From positions 40,548,001 to 40,612,000 of the forward strand of contig OZ287749.1 of NCBI GenBank assembly GCA_965649765.1: a stretch of DNA of 64,000 nt. The letters run 5' to 3'. This DNA is from Bispira polyomma. Its lineage: Eukaryota. Positions 1 to 15,943 of the stretch are shown piece by piece. Position 1 is the stretch's first letter; each line of letters begins with the position of its first letter. Made by a program: the position numbers and the translations under genes. The notes beneath the pieces are model-generated. The model was not told the origin of the DNA, searched no databases, and was given only the letters and a program-made list of their open reading frames with translations.

Positions 1-3000
1 GTCTTTTTTAAGACAACTCTTGTTTTGAGACACAGAATTGATTCCATTTTTTTTAAGGTCAAGGTATTGTTAACCAAGATAACCAACACTAAGATCAGAC
101 CATGACATTACACACATACTCATTCTTCTAATTAGGTTGGATTTTCTCTGACAGTTGGTTCATCAGCTCTTGTCCTAACTAAAACCATGCCCTCTTAGTA
201 CAGGGAATAACAATACCCTGAATTAATGAAAATGGGTTTAAAATGTAGCAAATAAAAAACTTTATAACTACAGGTTTATGTATTTCAATTCTACTTTTGT
301 ACATACAGTATACTTAAAACATCATACATTATGGCCATTACAGGTGGACAACAAGTCACAAAAATACCCTAAACAGAAATCCTTAAAAGAGAATTAGCCC
401 AAGTGTGTAGAAAACATGTAGTGCATATAGTTAATGGATCTTGTCATAATGAACTTTCATAGAAACATCTATTATATCTTTATGTATTTTACCATGTCAC
501 AAAAAACAAAAAAAATGCACATCCAAATATAAAGTCTCTTTCTTAACAATCAAGCCCCCAGCATTGTTCAAATGTTTTTGTCTTAAATGGGAAAAAAGAA
601 CCTCATATTTGTGTGGGATGCTCTTTGGCTGGTTAAAAATGTCTGCCAGACAAAGCATCCAGTCAACTAAAGACATATTTATATCGTCAATGCCTTTCTT
701 TATCAAGAAAGCCAGAGAGACAGAAGATAGGAAAGATAGGAATCTCTTTCTTTACAGATAAAATAAGAAAAGAACTCTGAATTGTCAAATGACTGATTGT
801 CAGGTTTGAAATAATCAGACTTCGGACATTTAGCGAGGCCCATGTTTAACCCTTCTAGTGGTAAGGGGACAAGCCCACAAAGGCTATGTCAAGGATTCTT
901 TTATTGAATATACGAGATATATCTACAAAGAATGTGACCATAAACTCCCACCTTGAAATTCTTAGAGACTTAAGAAGCAAGCTTATGTTTATGAAACTTC
1001 TATTTGACAAAAAATTACATTCCCCAAAAGAATTAAAAAATGAATGTAGAAAAGTTGTATAATGATAAACTTGGGTGAAAATGGGTGAATATGCCAGAGT
1101 AAGGTGAACCTTATAGTAGACTTAAAAGTTTTTTAAACAAAGATCCTTTGATTAATTTGGTCTTCATTTAAAACTGCCACAGCTGACTTAAGAGTCCCTC
1201 ATTGTCACTTGAAATAAGTAAGAAGGTTAGGACAACTACCGGTAATTGCAATCAAAACTATTGTTTATATTCTTTTCGCTTTTCATCAAAATGAATACAT
1301 AAAAAAATGCTAAAATCGTCCATTTCCGTTATAAAACTTTTTGAAACGTGACCAAACTTAATGTAACTTAATGATCTTACCATTAGTACCCGTGAATCAT
1401 AAGGTTTATTAATAGTGTGCAACTAATCATGCAGACCCCACATTGAGCTAATATCTGTCACCAAATGTTCATATCCCAACATGTCAAGTTCCACTTTTTA
1501 ATTCAGTTCATATAAACTGGAAAAAAACATTGCACACCGGTTATTAAAGTTTTCATTTCCTTTTTTTTAAATTCTAGAATTACTATGAATGTTACTAATC
1601 ATAACTGTCAAGTCGCATTTGCTTTCTGGGCTGTTTTTTGTTTAAAGAGAAGCATTAGCTACTTCAGTCTTAGCTTGAGCATGGGGGGAGGCCATTGTAA
1701 TAACCAATAAATATTGCCAGCAATCAATTGATTTAAATACTATGCTTGGCTGCAGCGGTCTCCAGTTTTGACAACCCTGACTGGTGGGTAATTAAGCCAC
1801 AGTATCTAAGTTAAATTTATCTGTTCCATATTCGCCTGTAATGAAGTCCCCCTTTTTAAAACTTGAAAAAGTTAAAAAATAGAACACCTTTGTGCAGGTG
1901 ATGTCTTTGTGCACAAGAATAGTCTTTGATGAAAAAAATCCTGGTTACACTTCATTTTATATTTGTCTTGTAAATTGTGTGAAAATCATAAAACATTTAC
2001 GTTTGTTATAGTTAAAAATTCAACATTAATAATTGATCATCCTAGCTATATAGTTCACTGTGGTTTCCACCAACAATGGCTAAAGGTTTTACTAATGTAT
2101 TCTTAAATCTCAGATTTTTTAAGATGAATGAGCTAAAAATATGAATTAAATATCTACATTTACAAAAATTCACAAACTTTTTTTTCACACATACCATATC
2201 TATTGAAAAAGTACCCTTCTAACCTGTAGTTTCAAGAGAATGGAACACTGTTTACATTCAAAAAATACTTGGCAGTACCAATGATATTTGGGGCAGAATA
2301 AGGCCAGTTTACTGTATTATGTTCTATGGTGTGCATGTCTCCAAAAAAGCAGGTGTTTCAGTGAAGCCATGACAAGTCAGATGTGGAGACAGATTATTGA
2401 GTTATTGTGCATATGAATGTGTTGTAACAGGATTAATCAACTCAGGCTAACTTTATTAAAATATAAAATAACCTTGATAAGGTCTTTCAGCAATTGACTT
2501 CAATCAACTAAAACCTCTAAAAATGAACAAGCTGGTGAAATAGACATGCATTTATCCCCTGGATATTTCTCTCATTGAGGTAACTCTGCAGTAGTCTTGT
2601 ATAATGATATGGATAGTTCATAATCAATAATACAATGAGCATTTTTGAGTTTGATGTTTAATGAAAATTTCTGTGGACTTATGTTTGGGATACTGAACAG
2701 TTGAGTACTAAACAGTGATTGTGTGTACATCACAAATGGTAAACTCTTGGATAAACAGAAGTATTAAGGTGCATAGAATTTCTACCTTGTCTACTCTACA
2801 ATGACTTAAGGTATGTCAGTCTTATGTTAGATTTAAATACTCAAGGTTTTCGGTCAAATTAGGTTGACCATCATATGTTGATTATGAATATTTAATAGGC
2901 AAAACATTCACCATTTATACAATGGATTTCAGCAAATTTCAGCAAATATCATGATTACAAAGGCTTACTTTGTCCCTAAAACTGAACCGAATTTTCAACA

Positions 3001-6000
3001 AGAACTCAGCCAATAAATCCATCAAGAAGATGTAAGTAATTGCTATACTGTATGAAAGATCATATGACATGCATAAGACACATAATGATCACAAGTTCCT
3101 GTGGTGTTGTTAAACATTTACTTGGTAAATATAGTACTTTTGTTTTCAATTTTGGTGGGAAACTCTCAGTTTAAGTACCATTTCAGTCGTTCTTTCACAT
3201 TGTGGTTAAAAATCATCTCAAACCAATATTATTACATGAAAGAGACATATGATATATTATACATACATGTATATTTAAATCAGAAAAAAACAAAATTTGG
3301 ATGTTTTACGTCAAAGATACAGATGAGTTAGTATCAATTCATATCCAGGAAGCGGCTAAGAATAAAACTTCCCACGAACGCAGATCCTCTGTAGGTTCAG
3401 AAGGTGCAGGAACTCTGCATGAATGAAATTAAAATGTCATCTACCAATAATTGCATATTCCCCGATATAAGTTTCAGTTATCCCTTTGTTTAAGCGTACT
3501 TAAACTTTACTAAATTGATTCCTAACACCCTTAATAACTCTGGTTACCTGCAACACACAGTCTGTCATAATTGATTTGTACTCGATTAAATGCTGCACTT
3601 AGACAGCTGTGAACTATATAGAGAGTCCTGCATCCTGCATCTATGACAATGTACATCACCAACAATATTACAACAGGTTCATCATTTTGTTCATCTTATA
3701 AATTTTTCAGCAATTTGAGGTGGAAATTAAAAAAAAGACCATATATACACAAAAGGAACTATAAATGTACGTCTTTCTTGAAAAACCAGTGGTATTCAAT
3801 TTACAACGGAATCCAACTAAAAAAAATGGCATCAGTTGATATACCCCTTGTTTACAGCCTAAAAGATTTGACTGAAATATTATTGTCAAAAGATTAAATT
3901 AAAAATCGAATCATAATGGTGGATATCTCTATGCTTTAATGATCATTTGTGGGACATACAAACTTTTTCCAATAACTAGTTTTGGTGTCACAGGCCTCAG
4001 AAGATTAAATTAGGCCAAGGTTATAATTCTAAGGTCAAAACTCAAACATATGTCAGACTACATATTAAGGCACATCTCTACATCCTGTAATAAATAAATA
4101 TCTGTACCAAATATAAACTTGACACATATAATGTCATATAGTCACAATGCAAAGCATCGGAAAATTAGGTCATCTCCAGAAATATCAAATTGTGCTGAAG
4201 AAGGCTTTCTCTACAATAATTTGTTTAGTAAAAGCTTAAACATACCACCTCAGTCCTATGTCAGCTATTTTCATGGACTTTGGTTAAAATATGGAGGCTG
4301 GCTTTCAAGTAGCCTTTCCAGACCTTCTAGGTTGTGCAGAAGTCTAAACAATAAAGACCTTAAAAGATTACAGTGCATTCCTGAGCCTTAAATATAAAGA
4401 AATAGCCCACTTAAATTACACCTGTGTTTGTTTTCCAGATAACGACAGACATTATATTTAACATTAGAAAAACAAAGAAACATTTCCTGTATTTGCTAAC
4501 AATTAGAGGTAGCGCTTCCGCTGACTGAATCCCCTTTAAAAAGCAGGCTTACTTCATGTAACATAGACTTTTCTTTTTTTAACACAGAAGAGACATTTTA
4601 GTACAAACAGTAATACATTATTTGTGAGAATGGAAATCCATTCATAAATGTGAATATTCAGATAACAGAGCTTCAATCTAGTGGATCTTGTTTGATCTCT
4701 AAAAGATGGGTGTGTGTGCACTGATTCCTTCCTCAGTTTCTATGTAATGGAGTAGTGTATTTGTGAGTAGATCACATATAAAATGCAGATGTCCATGTAG
4801 AGCACATCGCTTGTCAAGCAAACTTTATGAACAAATTCATCTTTTTATATATTTTTATCAGGCACAGTCTGATATTGATTTCATTCTAAAAAGGGGACGG
4901 CAATGTTGGAAATATGCAACGCCTTCATGGATTGGTTGGAAATAATTGACCCGGCGAGCCAGATATTGCCTTCATGTTGAAAATAATATGCAAGGCTTTC
5001 ATGGATTGGCTAGAAGTAGACTTGTGAAAGTCACGCTGTGCGCCGTTGTCTTTACTAAATGACAACTCTTGCTTACACTTGGTAACATCCAGCAAAAATA
5101 ATCTAAACTTACACAAAATCATTGTTTCATGGGTTAAAATGTTTTTGACCACTTCCTTAACAAGTATGAAATTTTCACTAAGTAATGTACATATATTTGT
5201 AACATTGCAGTGTAAATGCCGGGATTAAATAAATTTAGTTAAAATATACACCTCGACAAGGCTACTGGTTTGGGAAAAAACATCAATTTATAAACAATTG
5301 CGGTTTTATAACAAAAAATAGAGAGCCCAACACAGTCATTTCTAGAACAGGTAAAGTGAAAGATATTCAACTCATCAGCCGAATTAGATCATTCAACAAA
5401 CAATAAATCCAATTTTCCCACGGTCTGTGAGGTATTTTTAGTGATAACATCATATCAGTGGCTAACAAGATAATATTAAGTCATTCAGATCAATGTCTCC
5501 TAATAAATTGTCTTTATATGTTTCTTGACAACAGACTATATATAGTTTTCATGACTTATCATTTCCAATTACAACACCAGTAACTTTCTTGATTTATTAC
5601 AATTTACAATATTCTAGAATGTTACTACTGTAGGTTTTAAAAGGATCACTGAAAACATAATTTTAAGTTGCTTCACTTTTTCACAGATTAATACATACAA
5701 TGCCATGTTGATTATTGCATGGATTACATACACAGAGCACTTCAGTTTAAGGGTCCTCTGTACATATGAAAAGCTTTCATGTCTTGTGCTGACAAGATTT
5801 AAGGTATTCAAGATTAGACAGTTAAAGCATTCTGAATCAGCAATGATCTACCAGAGGTCATAATTTATTTGAGAATGATCTCAAGTCCAAATAAAGGTTT
5901 TAATTTCCTGCGTCTCCAATTGTATACTTGTAAAAGATAAGGAGATAAAAATCCAGATTCAGCAAATTAATTAGGTTTTTTTACAGTAACAGAAATCAAT

Positions 6001-6108
6001 TATTAAATACAGAACTCCACATTGACGTATCTATACAAAGAGCTGCCTTTTTAAAAATAAACATTTGAGCAAATAATTCAACAATTCTCTACGGTCTTCA
6101 ATCCTCAA

Positions 6109-6395
6109 TTAACCCTTTCGCCACCGACGGAAAGTAATTCTACTACACTGTGGGAAAATACTTTGACCCACTTTTATGACGTCACAAAAAACATTTTTGC
6201 AATAACTGATTACATCACAAATTAAAACGTCTCTTTACGTTGGAGGCACTGTACCACATAAAATTTTATATCTGTGTACTGAGAGAGCTGTACGATATAT
6301 TATATATAGTCGACTGCTGGCCGACTGACATGTCACTGGCGCATAGAAACAGCCAACGACTCAAAGCCGACGGATAAAGTTGTCAATGGGGTTAA
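6109..6395. mobile_element. Possible piggyBac-type non-autonomous element
   Basis: TTAA|CCCTTTCGCCA ... TGTCAATGGGG|TTAA: TTAA flanks, CCC/GGG termini, CpG-rich interior; the TIR match is weak. Confidence 0.4.
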
Positions 6396-9300
6396 ACATT
6401 TTTGCATCCATCCAGACAAATTGCAAAATTTATAAAAAACAATTCAAAATAGAGCCTTGAAAAATCTAAAACTAAGATCAACAAGGTCAACTCACTGGTA
6501 CGATTCATCATATACCGGTATATTATATATACATGTACCTCTATTAGCCAATTTATTGACTCTTCCAAACTTGCTTTCTGACAGAAAATATCAGTGACAA
6601 ACATTCCTGACTCATCCTTACTCTGGAAAACTTATGCCTAATTCATATTTAAGTGAATCTGAATACATCTATACAGATCTGTCAACCAAAATTTGGTAGA
6701 TTTTATCTCTAAAACATATCACACTGAGCCGTAAATCAATCAGTATCATGTTAAGTAGGCTATGTCCATGACACGTTAGGAGATTTGGCCAAGAAATCCA
6801 TCTAGAAATTAGAAAACAGAACCCTAGATTTTTTATATGGCTGGTATATTTGGATCTGGAGATCTTTGAGAATGCTAATCATATACCTTTGCTTATAATA
6901 CTAAGAGATTCATATATTTGAACTTGACCTACTGTGAATCAACCATAAGTCTCATAAAATTTAGTAAATAAGATAGATATAAGATAAGATGCAGAGACAA
7001 AGCTAACATAGGGGCAAATAACCACTCAATGGCGGATATAGAAGGTTAAGGTCATGATTTAACCTTTACCTGAACTTTACCTTAAAATTATAACCTTAAT
7101 GTTTTTAGTCTAAGTTTTGTCTTTTACATATTTGAGGCAGATGATTCTCTACATTTCTTGCTTTACAATCATTTCACGTGACTTTTACATAAGAAAATAG
7201 ATGTCTGTACCATTATCCATGTATATTTGTGTACTTTTAGCAAAGATGGTATTATTTCTCTAAATGGTTTGTCACAAAAGACTATTGTCAATGGCACTTT
7301 GCACAGAGTTCTGTAAAATATTTATCACTTTCTAGGACATAATGACCAGTACGAAAACACAATCAATTCCATAGCCCTTTATTAATATTACTCTGTTGAC
7401 TCAAACGCAGAAATAAAACCAGACAGTGTTTAGAAATGGCTCAGCTCAGTCAAATAACTTGTTAAAAGACATGGGCCAATAATCTCAACACTCAAGGCCC
7501 AGGTGCAAACAAACGTCACACAAAGTTTTGTAATGTCCTTGTTAATCTTTTAGGATGTTATACTCATTACTCATATAGGCAAGTGGTTAGGTGCATAGTG
7601 CACAGTAGATAGATTACATGTACTATGCATCTAAGCAACATCTCGGTAAACCTAAATACTGTGAAGGTTATATTTGGAGACAAATAGCTCATGGTGGGTA
7701 TCATAGATAAGCCGAGTCAGCAGACATCATGATCTGACCACCTATTGACCTTTTCTTGACCAATGACCTTTCTTCCAATGGCCAGGGAAAGTTTATGTAC
7801 AAAATTATTATTATTATTAGAGGTCCTAGGTAGTTTGTCTTTAGTTTTGCTAATCATCCAGCAATTGTTGGGGGTTGCATATGTTATTAATAATAAAACA
7901 TCATAAATGACAATGATGACATCTGTCATATCTTCAAAGTTGCCTGTTATTTACTTCTACAACTTGCCTCGCAAGTATAACTTAAGGTATTTTGTATTGT
8001 ATTAATGACAATATTTGTCACAACTTCTTGCTGCATGGTAATTACATATAGGATCTGATAAAAATGAAGTGTCATCCATATAAATATAGATCTAACCAAA
8101 ATAACAAATTCATAAAGCCATTGACTTTAACAAATTTAACAAAGTATATAAGTATGGTAAAGAATTAATTTTCAAATGACAACACACTGTTACACACAAG
8201 AAGAAAGTTTAAAGTAAACAGTCAGATTTTTTTATCTTAATAAAGAAAGACTAGTACATTGCTAAACATTGCAAGGACAATACCAAACAACAGTTAATGA
8301 CCAACTCACCTTTTGATCAAGGTTTTGTGATAATATTTTTAATCATAATTCATACATGATTCACTTGATCACTCCTGGGGGGATATACTGTACATACATT
8401 ATACACACTGGTACCAAAATAACATTATCCCATCACTGAGAGTTTCATCAGAAATTTCTCTTTGATCAAATGTTTTGGTATATTTGAGTACCATGTGAGA
8501 AGACCTCTCCCTTGTTTTGATTAATAAGGACATGTAAAACTAATTGACTTTGGCTTACTATATTGCTGGTCACTTAAATGCATTAACATTTAGTTTTTAT
8601 GGTTTAGAAGAACCTCTGTTATGTTGGGAAAGCATGATTTTTTAAATTTTACAAAACAGTACAGTCACAGAACATTATGAAAGTGAGAAATTTAGAATAA
8701 ATTAACTAGAATATTTAATAATAGTTTTAAATAATAGAAGTTGTTCAAGAAAATGCTATTATTACAACAATAATTCCTTTAGATCCCTGCTTGCCTTTAC
8801 TCAAGTAAAGTCACAAGGTTAAGTCAACTAATCATTATATCAGAGAAGCCAAAACCAAATATTTGTATGAAATATGAACTTCCTTCAACATGCAGTTTCT
8901 GAGATATGATATGCACAATGTTTTAAAGTCAAAAATGACTGATGCTCATCACCCTTGGACAAGTTTGTAAACTAAATATGAACTTCCTGTGACAAATAAT
9001 TACTGATATATAGTTTGGTAAGATTTGTAAGGTCATGATACCAAACTCAAGTGTCAACAGGAGGTCAAACCATGATATTGAACAACTGTGCGATTCTTGA
9101 ACTTCCCATGCAGCTTCTGACTAGTGACTGAGATATATTGGAATGTCTAAGGTATGGGCTTTGTGTAATGAACTTCTATACTATAGTTTTTGATGCCAGG
9201 TTCTATAATTTTACAAAAAATCAGCTGCAATGATTTGGTAAGTTTGAGGAAGGTCAAAGTTCACCAAAGGAAAGATGTTTTTAATGTAATGAATGTTTGC

Positions 9301-12300
9301 AGTAAATGTTGTCATTTGGAGAGACTCTTTAGTTTTGCTGTGTGAATTAGCCTGGGCTTCACCTGAACACATGGAATATAATCAAACTACATCTGAATTT
9401 GGTAAAGCCATTTGTTAGTGCTTTGTTTTAAACATATGCCAATATGAATAACGAGAATGCAGGCAAGGTGGGTCATCTTGTTTTTCAGCTTAAGGCTAAA
9501 AGTGTCCCCCAATAAGATGGTATCTACAAACATTTCCCTCAGAGTATTAAGTCCACATCTCCACATAATTGCAAATCGTACATGGCACAGTGAAAATGGT
9601 AGTTGTGGAGACTTGGACTAATTCTCAAAATCTTTCAACTTGTGTCGCTGGTGGCTGGTGGTGTAATCGTACATATTCTAATATATGCTTCATTTCAAAA
9701 TACACATACCATAAATATATGAAGTGAACCAGAATAGTATCTTCATTTAACCACAATCTATTTTGGTAAAAATTTGCAGAAGTCTGATGAGAAAAAGGTA
9801 GAAAACCTAAATCACATTACCAGAATGTTGTTTCTTTGAAATGTTGTTTAAAAAAAATGAAATAAACAATCTATCTCTGAGATTTTGTTATTTTGATTTC
9901 TTGAAACAAACTAAATACAATACATACAAGAATTCATATGTCTTTTTACCATTTCTATGTAAACCTTTTTTATCTCAAATAACCACATCTTTACAACACA
10001 AATATCGGGGTTTTTTTCTTTACACAAGGTTCGTACTTTGCCTCATTATACCACCTTATTATGCGTACATGGGTCTTCATGAGAACGATAGTGTTTGGGG
10101 GGAAAAACCAGTCCAGTATCCAAAATAAATACTTGTATGCCATTTGTTTGTCCCTCAATTCTGTCACTTTCCCACGCCACTGTAGGTCAACATATAAGGA
10201 AGCAGAAGTTCTGAAGTATGACATAATCTAAACTTAAGTCTGGTGCAATGATTTGTGTTGGTTCTACCACTTGTGGTTTTCGCTGTATACTATAACTAAG
10301 CAAGCTATTTATCTCTTTTAAACAAACACTGGATGCTTAACACTTGGTCCTATGCATGCAAAAAGACAGGTTTTGTGGTGGAATAAATTATCATTTTGAT
10401 CATTTATAATAAATATATCATACAATATGTTACACTGAAAAGAGTGCAAATGTACATGTACTGTTTGGCTTATTTTGGAGTGTTTGTATGTTCTGCACTA
10501 TAATAATAATACTACTAAAGACAAACACATTATATCAGTTCAGAAAGCAACTGTATAGTTTTTAAAATGCAACTGTAGCATGGATTGTCATGTAGTGAAA
10601 ATATTGATGATTAAAAATTAAACTAGACAGTAAAAAATCTATTATCTGTTATCTGACCCTTTTGGGTCACATTTATTCTGTGCTTTGACAAAAACATTGC
10701 AATATCTCTCTTATGACAACTCTGGTTTACAGTACCCCCTGAATTCTGACTGCTAGTACCATTGACAGACATACCTGTATTATCATTAAAAAACACATAA
10801 AAGACCCACTGAAACTACTACTTCATAATCAGCAGTGTAGTGTTACACCCTAGTTAATTGATGACTCAAATCCCACAACATCAAAGGCCTTAGCAAAGTC
10901 CATGAATAAGGTCATTCCTCTTTTAGCCTCACCAGCCAAATTAGTGCTTCCACCGAGACTCTTTGTAGTTGACCTGTCCCCATATGCTACTGCAGAAAAA
11001 GTACTGACGTCATGTTGGCACTGGACATTGCATGAACGGCGCCTAGCTCTTTAATCCAGGCATCTAAATGATGCAGTTCAAGGAGAGATCTGCTATACTT
11101 CATGACTGTAAAAATCAGTTATTACTGATACAGTACTTAGTTACGGGTAACATATTGTACTAGGTGTATATAGCCAGACTTGTATCGCAGTAATTTAATT
11201 TACTTTTATAGCTAAAAGGTGTTGAATTTCAATCTTCTAAAAACTATAACAAAGTTTTGCTACATATGCTGTCCCATGGTGAAGTGGTTAGAAAATTAGT
11301 CTGATTATCAGAAGGTCCCCTGTTCTACTTCTGGTAACAACATATAATGGCCATTAGGGGATAACATCCTTGGCCCATATGTAAACACGCCATTGCCTAG
11401 TGATGGCAACCAATTCAGTAATTATAAGGATCATAACTAATGGTATATCAATTTTGATATGCTTTTTAAAAGATGCTTGGCACCAATAAGGGACTTACAA
11501 ATCCATGATATAAACACAATACAACACACTAACAAAGCATGCTGCAGGCGGATTTACAGCCCGGTGTAAATCAATCAAAACCAAAAATTCTGCTAACTGA
11601 TTCTAAACAACAGAATTGTATACACATGTGTGCACCTTCCAGTTTTTTGAGGCCATATACTGACTGAAGATGTTCCCTATGTACAGTAAATATAAAGATG
11701 CTGATAAACTTTCAGATTACAGTTAGCATAAATGTGTAGTATTTGACCTTGTCATTATTTTCACAATATATTAATAAATTAACATAAAGAAATATATACT
11801 CAGTCTCAATTTAATTAGAACATGACTTTCAACTCTAGAATTTGTGTTATTGGAAAACATCGATGCAAACAAAAGCACAATGATATGCTATTGTCATCTA
11901 TTCTCTTTAAGAAAACATTAAAATCTACTTCCAAATTATGGGTTGAACCATTCAAAAACATGTGAAAGATTCTTATGCCAAACAAATAGTTTGCACTCAC
12001 TATTTTTGCATACACTTGTTGTTTTTATTCAAATTCTAGAACTCATTATGTTCTTTAATGTATTCAAAAAAGTGTAAAAAAACTGGTTAATTACACGGAA
12101 GCGTTATCATTATTGGTATTGCATGCTGCCAATAGGCCAGTAGATATATAGAACTGCGCTCTATTCATATATTTCTCCCACACTTTATCTTGTCCAGGTA
12201 ATGTGGACTGTGCACCCTATAAGTGGTTACCTTCTATTGTATTATATTGATATTTATACCCAGTGCCATATTTAGCTTGTTCGGGGTTTCAAAGCACTAA

Positions 12301-12379
12301 TTAACCATTCTTGACTGCCTAAGTTCAGCCAACCAATTACTGTCATTCAGACTAAAAGCAGAGGCATGAAGGTAGCCAT

Positions 12380-12566
12380 TCTTCAACATCCCCAAGGTTC
12401 TTCAGCCTACCACGGGTTACTGGATCCAGTGACAGAGGACCGCCATTTAAAGTGGTCATCCAAGCCATTATGTATCTGCCTTTACCTGGTCGCCCGAAGT
12501 TGGAATCGAATTTGGATCCTCTGCGTTCCTAAGCACGTGTTACCCACTAGGCCACAGTGGCAGACA
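12380..12566 (-). mobile_element. tRNA-derived SINE, same family as 40228-40428
   Basis: Reverse complement reads CTGCCACTGTGGCCTAGTGGGTAA...TTCGATTCC...GACCAGGTAAAGGCAGATACATAATGGCTTGGATGACCACTTTAAATGGCGGTCCTCTGTCA. Confidence 0.75.
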
Positions 12567-12614
12567 GGCAGGGGAGAATGTGAATTATGGTTATAATAAG
12601 CGTGTGCTTTAATA

Positions 12615-12862
12615 TGACTAGCCTCTCGTCTCTGAAAACAGTGGGATCAGGATCAAATCCCACTGCTTTCTTCATGTGGGAAAGTTTATTAAGTCGGTGG
12701 TTTCTAGTTCAAATAGTACCGGTTGTTTTTGTTGTGTTCAAATGACAGGAATATAAATATGAATACAACAACTGGTTTTCTACTTCAATAAATCTGGCTG
12801 TCAAAATATGCCCAAACATGTTGAACGTGACTTTAAAACTCAAGTCAATTCAAAATTCAAAT
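12615..12862 (+). mobile_element. Degenerate SINE resembling molluscan RUDI-type elements
   Basis: GTCGGTGGTTTCT ... GGTTTTCTACTTCAATAAATCTGGCTGTCAAAATAT ... TGTTGAACGTGACTTTAAAAC plus a short-repeat tail. Family assignment is from recalled consensus only. Confidence 0.4.
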
Positions 12863-15860
12863 AGGCAGATGATTGGAAAACTGTATTTTCTGCAGTAACA
12901 ACTAAAAATCCCAAAACATTTCATCCAGTTAACCACGTAAGCCCACAAACTCAATACAATTAATGTACTTACAGATTTAGTTCACTGGCACTATATTATA
13001 TACATGCACATGTATGTATATATTATTTAAGTGGATACATAATTGAGGAAGGTCACTATAAACAGGTATAACTTTTTCCTAAGCAGCCACAAGTTTTTCC
13101 CGTCATATCCTATTTTCATCTGTAACTGTCACCTGAACAGACAGAAATAACAGGAGGAGAGGGGGGAAAAAATAAGCCACAAAGAAACCGGATTTGAGAA
13201 AACGTATCAAAGAATCAATAGTTCTCTTAATAATTCATCTGCTAGACTACAAAAGATTTATGAAAAAATCATTCATAATTAAAGATATATGTCACTGACT
13301 ATGTGTGATTAATGACAGGCAAGTCACAAAGATAATTCTTGTGATTGCACTCGCTCAACTGAATTATTTAAGCTGGCGTCCCACATAGGTGACAAAAATG
13401 CACGACAATGTTGTGATCATTTGTTAGGGATTGTCTCCATTGTTCATGTGCAGTCGCTGGGAACAATAAAAGGGGCCCTGCAATGCCATTGGTCTGAGAC
13501 AGAATTGCGACACCCTGCAGATACAGATGGGACAATGATGAGACTACAATGAAACAGTATTGAGACAATGATAGGATAACCGTATGACAAATGGCGATTT
13601 TCGGTTGTTGCATGATGGTAATAAAGCCACTGTGAGACATTAATGCAAGTTTTGTATGATATTGTCGCATCATTTATTGTCTTGGTTTGTGGCCTAGCCA
13701 ATTCGTCTATATGGGTTAGGGCCTTTACCTGAGTGTTACTGATGGTTTGTACCTTAAAAAAACACAAATACATTAATAATCTAGGGATTGGGATCTACAT
13801 TTGCAATCTACTTGTTGGTTTCATCAGTTATTTAGTAGTCCTGTAGTTGCTATGTAAACCATAGCTGCTTTATTATTACTTTATTTCTCTGCCCTACAAT
13901 TGACATTACATTAAATTATACTAACTTATTACTTTGTAGTTGTCATGTCTTACAGTTTTTAAAAGCATTTACAACTATAACTTCAACCAATCCAATTAAG
14001 CTTCTGCTTTATATACCTGATAACTGAGATCCGATACCACTAAGCAGAAACAGATCTTTTTTCTTCTTCTTAAGTTATGTACAAAGTGTTTTCATGTAGC
14101 CACACTGATGGCCATTGATGACATATCATACTGTTTCTAGGGTAGGGAAAGGTTAAGTTTTAGGAATATATAATATGACACATACTGCAATCTGCTTCTT
14201 AAATTGGTCCAAAAATCTACTACTACACAGAAACCTATAACTGATATATGAATATTGCTACCAAGAATGAACCTACAGTTGTGAATAAATCTTAAAATAT
14301 ATACACTGAACAAGAATGATATGGCATTTAGGTCAAAACTCCAAGGATAAAGGTCATGTTGAGATCACACCATGACCTTGCACACTTACAACTGCTGCTA
14401 CTGCTGGTTTCTATACATAACATGTTGATAACAATAGAACCACAAGAAACGTTTAAGCTTGCTACACGACTAGCTCTGGCTTCAACCTGTCCTTTGTCTC
14501 AGCCACCTCAAAATTAAGATTGAGTAAATATTGTTTGGCTGAGGACAATGGTAAGTCAAATCACCTGTGTAGAGCATGAGCTCCAGGGGCTGTATCCACA
14601 AACATTCTTACAATACAATTCTTAGAATTTTCTTGGTGTCAGCCAATTAGATTCCTTGAAACAAATCAAATTTTTTTGGACAAAAATTTAAGAATAAGAA
14701 TCAGAACAACAAAGGGCAACATCAAACAAAAACACTGCCAAACACAAATTTCCTTAAGTAATAAGTAATAATATTGGTATAAAGTATTCTTACTTCACCT
14801 TAAATTTAGCTTCTCATTAATTCATTACAATAGTTCTCTTTAATTGCATGTGAACATCCATGAAATTCTTTAACAACGTCAAATGGCTAAGACTGGAGGA
14901 AGCCAACTTTTTGCTTCTCAGTAAAGATTGATACCTCCATATAGCTCTCAGCCATCAATTAAATGTCATATATACACATGTATATGATTTAATAGATTTT
15001 ATTAGGTCTTCTTTACGTTAGTTTGGTCTATTCCTTTAGAAATGAAGACACATTCAGAGGGATACACTAGGTGGGGGTTTTTTCTCAGATATTCTCTTTG
15101 CACATCTGATTCATTATTCAACTATAAATGCCACTAACTGACTGACTGCACATGTCTGCTTTTAAACCAATTAGAATGAAGGTAACAACCAATACCTCTG
15201 ATATTTACAACTCCTTAAGGTTCTACTGAACTTATCTACAAAATGCAGAATTCTATTAGGGGGTCGACAATTTGGCAGTACACAAAAAGGAGCAAATTTT
15301 TTTTCAAAATTTACAGGCTCCCTTTTTTCCCCAGACAGCACACCATAGGTTGCTGTCTTTAGCTATATCTAAGAGACAATAACATCAAACTGTGACACCT
15401 TTGTTTCTATGTATATACTTAAGGACTGCACATACAAACCTCGCTTCTCATAACCAAACCAGTTGAAGAATAATATACAGAGGCTCTGTTATTGATGCTG
15501 CCAATATTTCAAGATCTATAACATGGCAACATGTGTCCACAGGCTACTCGAGACAAAATGGCCTCTCATTTATATATATATAGACGCTCACACACAGAAA
15601 CACGTAAAAATGGAGGAACTGTTATATATACATACAACATGTCTCTTGTTGCAGAGTACATTATGAGCGTCTGTTTATAACTGTACTTTATGTATGTAGA
15701 TGTGTCTAATAGAACTTTGCATGTGCAGAGGGCAGCACTGACACTTGTTACTCATTTTGTAAATCATTTCATTTACAGATTATTTAATACTTCAGGAGTA
15801 GAAATCAACTTAAAAGTCAATTCAAATGTATTTCAGTGGAGTTTAAACTTGTAAAACAAA

Positions 15861-15943
15861 CTAAATAAGGTGGAATAGAAGAAGTTTAAATCGAATACTA
15901 CCTAAATAAGGTGGAATACAAAAAAATTAAAATCGAATACTAC
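15861..15943. repeat. 41-bp tandem duplication (CTAAATAAGGTGGAATA...AAATCGAATACTAC)
   Basis: Two adjacent copies. Confidence 0.75.

Noticed and set aside
11270-11345. tRNA-like sequence (TCCCATGGTGAAGTGGTTAG...), with a similar one at ~59381-59440
   Set aside because: B box and cloverleaf are degenerate; at most decayed SINE heads, not tRNA genes.
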